Source: Chthoniobacteraceae bacterium (GTDB lineage: Bacteria; Verrucomicrobiota; Verrucomicrobiia; Chthoniobacterales; Chthoniobacteraceae). Taken from it: a stretch of 64,000 bases of DNA. A program made the translations under genes and the position numbers. Below, one piece after another: positions 59,252-64,000 of the stretch (within the stretch, counting starts at the first letter, position 1; every line of letters begins with the position of its first letter). The notes under the pieces were generated by a model. That model searched no databases and was not told the DNA's origin. It was given only the letters and a program-made list of their open reading frames with translations. The stretch spans positions 32,001 through 96,000 of the forward strand of contig JANNXQ010000099.1 in the NCBI GenBank assembly GCA_031409655.1, given 5' to 3'.

Positions 59252-59749
59252 ATGCTGAGCCCCGACGAAATCTTTGTCCGCATGCCCGCCCACGTAGCCG
59301 ACGAACTCTTTGGCTTCCTCCACGAGCGCGAAAAGCCGCTCTACAAGGCCTCCATCGACACGCTCGCCAAGCAGCGCAAGCTGCGGCCTGTCTTCGTGGA
59401 GCGGAAGCCCCGTCCGGAGCGGCATACCTGGATGCGCGAGATGCTAGGGCGAAAGACCAACCGCGACGTCGGCGCGCACCTTCTCCAGATCTGGCTCGTC
59501 GGCGCGCACGCGAAATTACTCTGCGATTTCCTCGATCACCTCGGCATCGCCCACGACGAGAACGGCACCATCGAGCAACTCCCGGAAGCTCCGGCAAAAG
59601 CAAAGCTTGCGGAGACCGTGACGGCGCTCGTCGCCGCGCATGATCCCGGAGTTGTCGCCGTCTATCTCCACGCTTTCCAGGCACTCGATGACCAGGGCTG
59701 GCCCTCGCTCGAGGAACTGCTCGGCGAAGACGCGCGCTTAAAGCTTTGA
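59252..59749 (+). CDS. Hypothetical protein
   Basis: 165-aa ORF with genome-typical codon usage and an upstream promoter-like TTGCAT-N16-TACCCT. Confidence 0.75.
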   Translation: MLSPDEIFVRMPAHVADELFGFLHEREKPLYKASIDTLAKQRKLRPVFVERKPRPERHTWMREMLGRKTNRDVGAHLLQIWLVGAHAKLLCDFLDHLGIAHDENGTIEQLPEAPAKAKLAETVTALVAAHDPGVVAVYLHAFQALDDQGWPSLEELLGEDARLKL

Positions 59750-60151
<402 letters not shown>

Positions 60152-60197
60152 TTTTTGCCCGGTGCTGAATCTTGCCGCATCGGCCGGAGCCGAAAGC

Positions 60198-61037
60198 ATG
60201 ACGTGGTGGCAGGCCTTGATCCTCGGCATCGTCGAAGGCATCACGGAATACCTGCCGATCAGCTCCACCGGGCACCTGCTGCTCACCGAGCGGGCTCTCG
60301 GCATCCCGCAAAGTAACGCGGCCGATGCCTTTGCGATCTGCATTCAGGCGGGTGCGATCATGGCCGTGCTCGGGCTCTATCGGCAGCGCGTTTTCGATAT
60401 GCTCGCCGGGCTCCAGGGGCGCAACGAAGCGGGGCGGCGGCTCGCGATCAACCTTGTGGCGGCCTTCACTCCGGCCGCAGCGCTTGGCCTGGTGCTGAAT
60501 AAGATCATCAAGAAGTATCTCTTCGCGGGTGACGCCTGGGGGTTGTGGCCCGTGATCTCGGCGTGGTTCGTCGGCGGCGTCGCGATCCTTGCGGTGAATT
60601 TTTACCGCAGTCGCCGGCAGGCGACCGGTGCCCCGCGCTGTGGGCTCGATGGGCTCACCGTTCCGCTGGCCGTGATCATCGGTGTGAGCCAGTGCCTCGC
60701 CATGTGGCCCGGCACGAGTCGGAGTCTGGTGACGATCGTCGGCGGCATCCTGGTCGGCTTGAGCATGGCGGCCGCGGTCGAGTTCAGCTTTTTGCTCGGC
60801 GTGCTCACGCTCAGTGCGGCGACCGCCAAGGACGCCTTCGAGCACGGGCGCGAGATGCTTGCGGCCTATGGCTGGTTCAGTCTCGGAGTGGGATTCGTGG
60901 CCGCGTGGATCTTCGCGGTCCTCGCGGTGCGCTGGATGGTGGCCTACTTGAACAAGCACGGCCTCGCGATCTTCGGCTACTACCGCATCGCCCTGGCGGT
61001 GATCGTCGCCGCTTTGGTTCTGCGCGGCGTGCTCTGA
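60198..61037 (+). CDS. uppP: Undecaprenyl-diphosphate phosphatase (BacA)
   Basis: GIVEGITEYLPISSTGH, PGTSRS, AVEFSFLL, FGYYRI. Confidence 0.95.
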   Translation: MTWWQALILGIVEGITEYLPISSTGHLLLTERALGIPQSNAADAFAICIQAGAIMAVLGLYRQRVFDMLAGLQGRNEAGRRLAINLVAAFTPAAALGLVLNKIIKKYLFAGDAWGLWPVISAWFVGGVAILAVNFYRSRRQATGAPRCGLDGLTVPLAVIIGVSQCLAMWPGTSRSLVTIVGGILVGLSMAAAVEFSFLLGVLTLSAATAKDAFEHGREMLAAYGWFSLGVGFVAAWIFAVLAVRWMVAYLNKHGLAIFGYYRIALAVIVAALVLRGVL

Positions 61038-61106
61038 CGGGGAAAAGTGGCCGGTCGGGAGAAGGGTTGCCACCCCTCTGTCCCCTTTCGTATCCTCCCC
61101 GCCCCC

Positions 61107-61865
61107 ATGAACCGGGTCTTGCCCACCATCCTGTTCTTCCTAGCGACCGTCGCCATCACCCGAGGCGGCGAGACTGCCGACGTGCGTTTGGCGGACGGCT
61201 TCGATCTCCCAGTGGGTCGCGATGGGACGACCAAATATTACAAAGCGCGTGGCTACACGCCGAACGGGCATCTCGGGGAGGATTGGAACGGCGTGGGCGG
61301 CGGCGACACCGATCTGGGTGATCCGGTCCACTCGACAGGGCACGGAATCGTCGTCTTCGCGCAGGACTACAAGCAGGGGTGGGGGAATGTAGTGATCATT
61401 CGGCACGCCTACATGGAGGCCGGGGAGATGAAGTTCGTGGACTCGCTCTACGGTCATTTGCACGAGATCAAGACGGTGCTGGGCAAGCAGGTCGCCCGCG
61501 GTGAACTCATCGGCACGATCGGGAGCAATCGCGGCATGTACCCCGCCCATCTGCACTTCGAGATGCGCAAGGATCTCCGGGTCGGAATGTTCCGCAGCAG
61601 CTTTCCCCGGGACTTCTCGGTCTATTGGGACCCCACCAAATTCGTCGCCGAGCGCCGGGTGCTCGATCACGGCGGCGGGCGGCTCGTGGCCGTGCCGATG
61701 AATACCTTCCCCGAGATCGCCCCGCCGATCGTCGCCGAAACGTCCCTTTCCGCCAACGAACTCCCACCCCGACCAGGTGCGGGCGCACTCCGCAAGTCGC
61801 CACTGATGCAGCGGAGCCCGACGCTGCCCGACAAGTTTCAGGACCTGCGCGACTTCGGCTACTGA
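61107..61865 (+). CDS. M23 family metallopeptidase
   Basis: HLGED (HxxxD), WGNVVIIRH, LYGHL, HLHFE; signal peptide. Confidence 0.9.
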   Translation: MNRVLPTILFFLATVAITRGGETADVRLADGFDLPVGRDGTTKYYKARGYTPNGHLGEDWNGVGGGDTDLGDPVHSTGHGIVVFAQDYKQGWGNVVIIRHAYMEAGEMKFVDSLYGHLHEIKTVLGKQVARGELIGTIGSNRGMYPAHLHFEMRKDLRVGMFRSSFPRDFSVYWDPTKFVAERRVLDHGGGRLVAVPMNTFPEIAPPIVAETSLSANELPPRPGAGALRKSPLMQRSPTLPDKFQDLRDFGY

Positions 61866-61882
61866 GCGCTTTCCTGGAAAAG

Positions 61883-61923
61883 CAAAACGCCAGACCGGCC
61901 GCAGGGACCGGACTGGCGTTCTG
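61883..61923 (-). terminator. Terminator hairpin between convergent genes
   Basis: AACGCCAG.CCGG ... CCGG.CTGGCGTT followed by a T-rich tract on the minus strand. Confidence 0.55.
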
Positions 61924-61956
61924 AAATGGATTCTTCGAACGGGTTCGAGAGGTTCC

Positions 61957-62073
61957 TTACTTGGAGTAGCCGGTTGAGGCTGGTGGCGGCGTGCTGGACG
62001 ACGCTTCCTTGTGTGCGCAGGCGCCGAGGCTGAAGGCCATGGCGGCGAGTGCGATGATTGCGAGATATTTCAT
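61957..62073 (-). CDS. Small lipoprotein (38 aa)
   Basis: MKYLAIIALAAMAFSLGAC (lipobox) AHKEASSSTPPPASTGYSK; AAGGAGG SD upstream. Confidence 0.8.
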   Translation of the reverse strand: MKYLAIIALAAMAFSLGACAHKEASSSTPPPASTGYSK

Positions 62074-62122
62074 ATGTTGGTGTGTTTTCCCTCCTTTCTT
62101 TGCCAGTGGGCAATGAGCGGGC

Positions 62123-62150
62123 ACTATGGGCGCTCGATCACGCATGACAA
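62123..62150 (-). promoter_or_regulatory. Sigma70-type promoter for the small lipoprotein
   Basis: TTGTCA-N16-CATAGT, the same architecture as the ffs promoter. Confidence 0.6.
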
Positions 62151-62167
62151 CGACTTTTTCGCGTTCT

Positions 62168-62617
62168 TTACGCGCGGATTTCCACCGGTGTTCCGACGGG
62201 CACGCGATCAAAGAGGGCGATGACTTCCGCGTTCGCCATCCGCACGCAGCCAAAGCTCGCCGGCGTGCCGAGCCGCGACTCCGCATTGGTGCCGTGGATG
62301 TAAATGTAGCGGTTGAAGGTGTTCGCATTTTCCGGATCGAGACCTTCCAGCCAGAGGATGCGCGTCTGCACATGATCGTGTTCGTCGAATTCCTCACCGA
62401 AGCGTCCCGTGGCCAGACGGCTGACCAGGATCATCCCGAGTGGCTGCCCAGCGCCGTGCTTTTCCGCGACGCGAAAGCAACCCGTGGGGGTCTTATTCGA
62501 GCCCGGTTCCGTGCCGAGACCGAAGCGGGAAGTCGAAATGGGGTAGCTCTGCGCGAGCGCTCCGGTTTCGTCGAAAAGGTCGAGAGTCTGCGACGAGATG
62601 TGGACGAGGATGCGCAT
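62168..62617 (-). CDS. L,D-transpeptidase (YkuD) domain protein
   Basis: ISTSRFG..KTPTG, YIYIHGTN..LGTPASFGCVRM. Confidence 0.9.
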   Translation of the reverse strand: MRILVHISSQTLDLFDETGALAQSYPISTSRFGLGTEPGSNKTPTGCFRVAEKHGAGQPLGMILVSRLATGRFGEEFDEHDHVQTRILWLEGLDPENANTFNRYIYIHGTNAESRLGTPASFGCVRMANAEVIALFDRVPVGTPVEIRA

Positions 62618-62670
62618 GCTCCCCGTCAGCAGACGAAGATCCCGCCCGTGCCGCCAGTTTTTTCCGCCCC

Positions 62671-63936
62671 TCAGCTATAGATCAGCAGGCGCTGCGTGAC
62701 GTGGTTGATCAGGTTGTGATTCCGGATCTTCGCGATCGTCGGCTCCGTGAGGTGCTGACCTTCCGGGATGAGCAGCAGCCCCGCCGGGCTGAAGATGCCT
62801 TTCGCCAGCGCCATGCCTGGACGCAGGTCGGAGATCGAGACCTCGCGCATCGTCTTCGGGAGTTCCGTGACTTGGGCCGTCTTAAAAAAGAGTCGCACGG
62901 CATCGGGATCAAAGGCGCGGCCGGATTCTTTCGCGAGGTAGTCGCTGGCCTCGAGGGAGGGCAGGCCGCACTCGACAAACGCCGCCGCCACCGAGAGGCA
63001 GCGCGCCGGCCACGGGATAAACTGGCCCGCCAGCCGGTCGGGATACCCCTTGCCATCGAAGCGCTCGTGATGACTGCGGATCGTCTCGCCCACGCCGTCG
63101 AGTCGATCGACGAATCCGGCGAGCGTCTGGCCGTAGATCGGATGCTGACGAATGAGCGCCCATTCATCGATGGTGCATTCCTTCGGTCGATTGAAGAGCT
63201 TGTGCAGCACTTCGCGTTTGACGCCGATGAGCCCGATCTCGTGCAGCCAGGCACTCGTCACCAGGACCCGCTTATCCTCCGCGGAGAGATCGCCCGCCGC
63301 GGTCATCTTCCGGCAAAGCTCCACCACGGCTTTCGTCCGCGCGCCGAGCAGCGGGTAGAAGGTATTGATGATCCGGTAGCAGAGCTCCAGGGAGTGCTCG
63401 AAATTGCGATTGAGCGCGTCGTGGGCAGCGTCGAGTTCCGTCTTCTGCGTGGTCAGGAGTTCAAATTTTGCCGTCAACTCCGCATTCGCGAGCGCGAGCT
63501 GGCGGTTCAGCTTCATGGTGTCGGCGCGCAGCCGCACATTGTCCACGAGCAGGCGGTGGCGTTGCACCGCATTTTCCACCGTCGCGAGCAGTTCCGCGCG
63601 CGACCAGGGCTTGGCGAGGAAGCGGAAAATTTCCCCCTCATTGATCGCCCCGACGACGGTGTCCAGCGCCAGCACGCCAGTGATCAGGATGCGCGACGCG
63701 TTTGGCTGGATGCCGCGCGCCACGCCGAAGAATTCCAGTCCGGTCATGCCCGGCATGTGCTGATCCGAGATGATCGCGGAGAAATCCGTCTGGCCAAGAT
63801 GGGCGATGCCCTCCGCAGCGCTGATGCACGCGGTCACGCCGTAGCCTTCCCAGAGCAACTGGTCGCGCAGGGTGTCGAGGACGTCGCGATCGTCATCGAC
63901 GATCAGGAGAGAGGCGGGAGTGGGCTTGGCATTCAT
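62671..63936 (-). CDS. Response regulator with degenerate HD-GYP domain
   Basis: REC domain (IVDDD, SDQHMPGMTG, KPW), coiled coil, LHEIG and HHERFDGKGYP. Confidence 0.9.
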   Translation of the reverse strand: MNAKPTPASLLIVDDDRDVLDTLRDQLLWEGYGVTACISAAEGIAHLGQTDFSAIISDQHMPGMTGLEFFGVARGIQPNASRILITGVLALDTVVGAINEGEIFRFLAKPWSRAELLATVENAVQRHRLLVDNVRLRADTMKLNRQLALANAELTAKFELLTTQKTELDAAHDALNRNFEHSLELCYRIINTFYPLLGARTKAVVELCRKMTAAGDLSAEDKRVLVTSAWLHEIGLIGVKREVLHKLFNRPKECTIDEWALIRQHPIYGQTLAGFVDRLDGVGETIRSHHERFDGKGYPDRLAGQFIPWPARCLSVAAAFVECGLPSLEASDYLAKESGRAFDPDAVRLFFKTAQVTELPKTMREVSISDLRPGMALAKGIFSPAGLLLIPEGQHLTEPTIAKIRNHNLINHVTQRLLIYS

Positions 63937-63941
63937 GGGGA

Positions 63942-64000
63942 TCAGACGTGGGCGGAAAAGGCGGGGCGCTCGGTGTCGTCCACGCGGTAGGCGGTGCCGA
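63942..64000 (-). CDS. 3' end of an upstream gene (partial)
   Basis: Open frame ...GTAYRVDDTERPAFSAHV-stop ending 5 nt before the regulator ATG. Confidence 0.45.
   Translation of the reverse strand, partial: GTAYRVDDTERPAFSAHV

Overview
High-GC bacterial chromosomal window. Gene content (exosortase, PVC-type hypothetical proteins, near-leaderless promoters) suggests Verrucomicrobiota, which is an inference. Bases 1-23.3 kb hold a + strand exosortase-headed polysaccharide locus: flippase, polymerase-like protein, several GT4 and GT2 enzymes, three methyltransferases, two acyl/acetyltransferases, an AsnB-type amidotransferase, a NodU-type carbamoyltransferase and a WecA-like fusion, with a visibly lower-GC core. 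The SRP RNA gene follows on the minus strand. The remainder is housekeeping and envelope genes: GT9, a lipid-A-modification-like PAP2/ArnT/GT2 operon, mgtE, dnaX, ebfC, bioF, proC, manC, ruvX, truA, argG, lipA, P-II, uppP, peptidoglycan enzymes and an HD-GYP regulator. The most unusual items are: (1) several families of intergenic inverted repeats (heptamer-array hairpins, CTCGTC-hexamer hairpins, GGAG/GTAG-footed REP doublets), one inserted in-frame inside a flavoprotein gene and one in the tail of an anti-sigma gene; (2) an ECF sigma / anti-sigma / circularly permuted flavoprotein-membrane polyferredoxin operon; (3) a catalytically degenerate circularly permuted ATP-grasp/alpha-E fusion; (4) small genes missed or mis-started by the ORF track, including a 40-aa peptide behind a sigma-54-like promoter. 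No tRNA, rRNA, CRISPR array, transposase or integrase was found. All product calls come from motif recognition by eye, not database searches.
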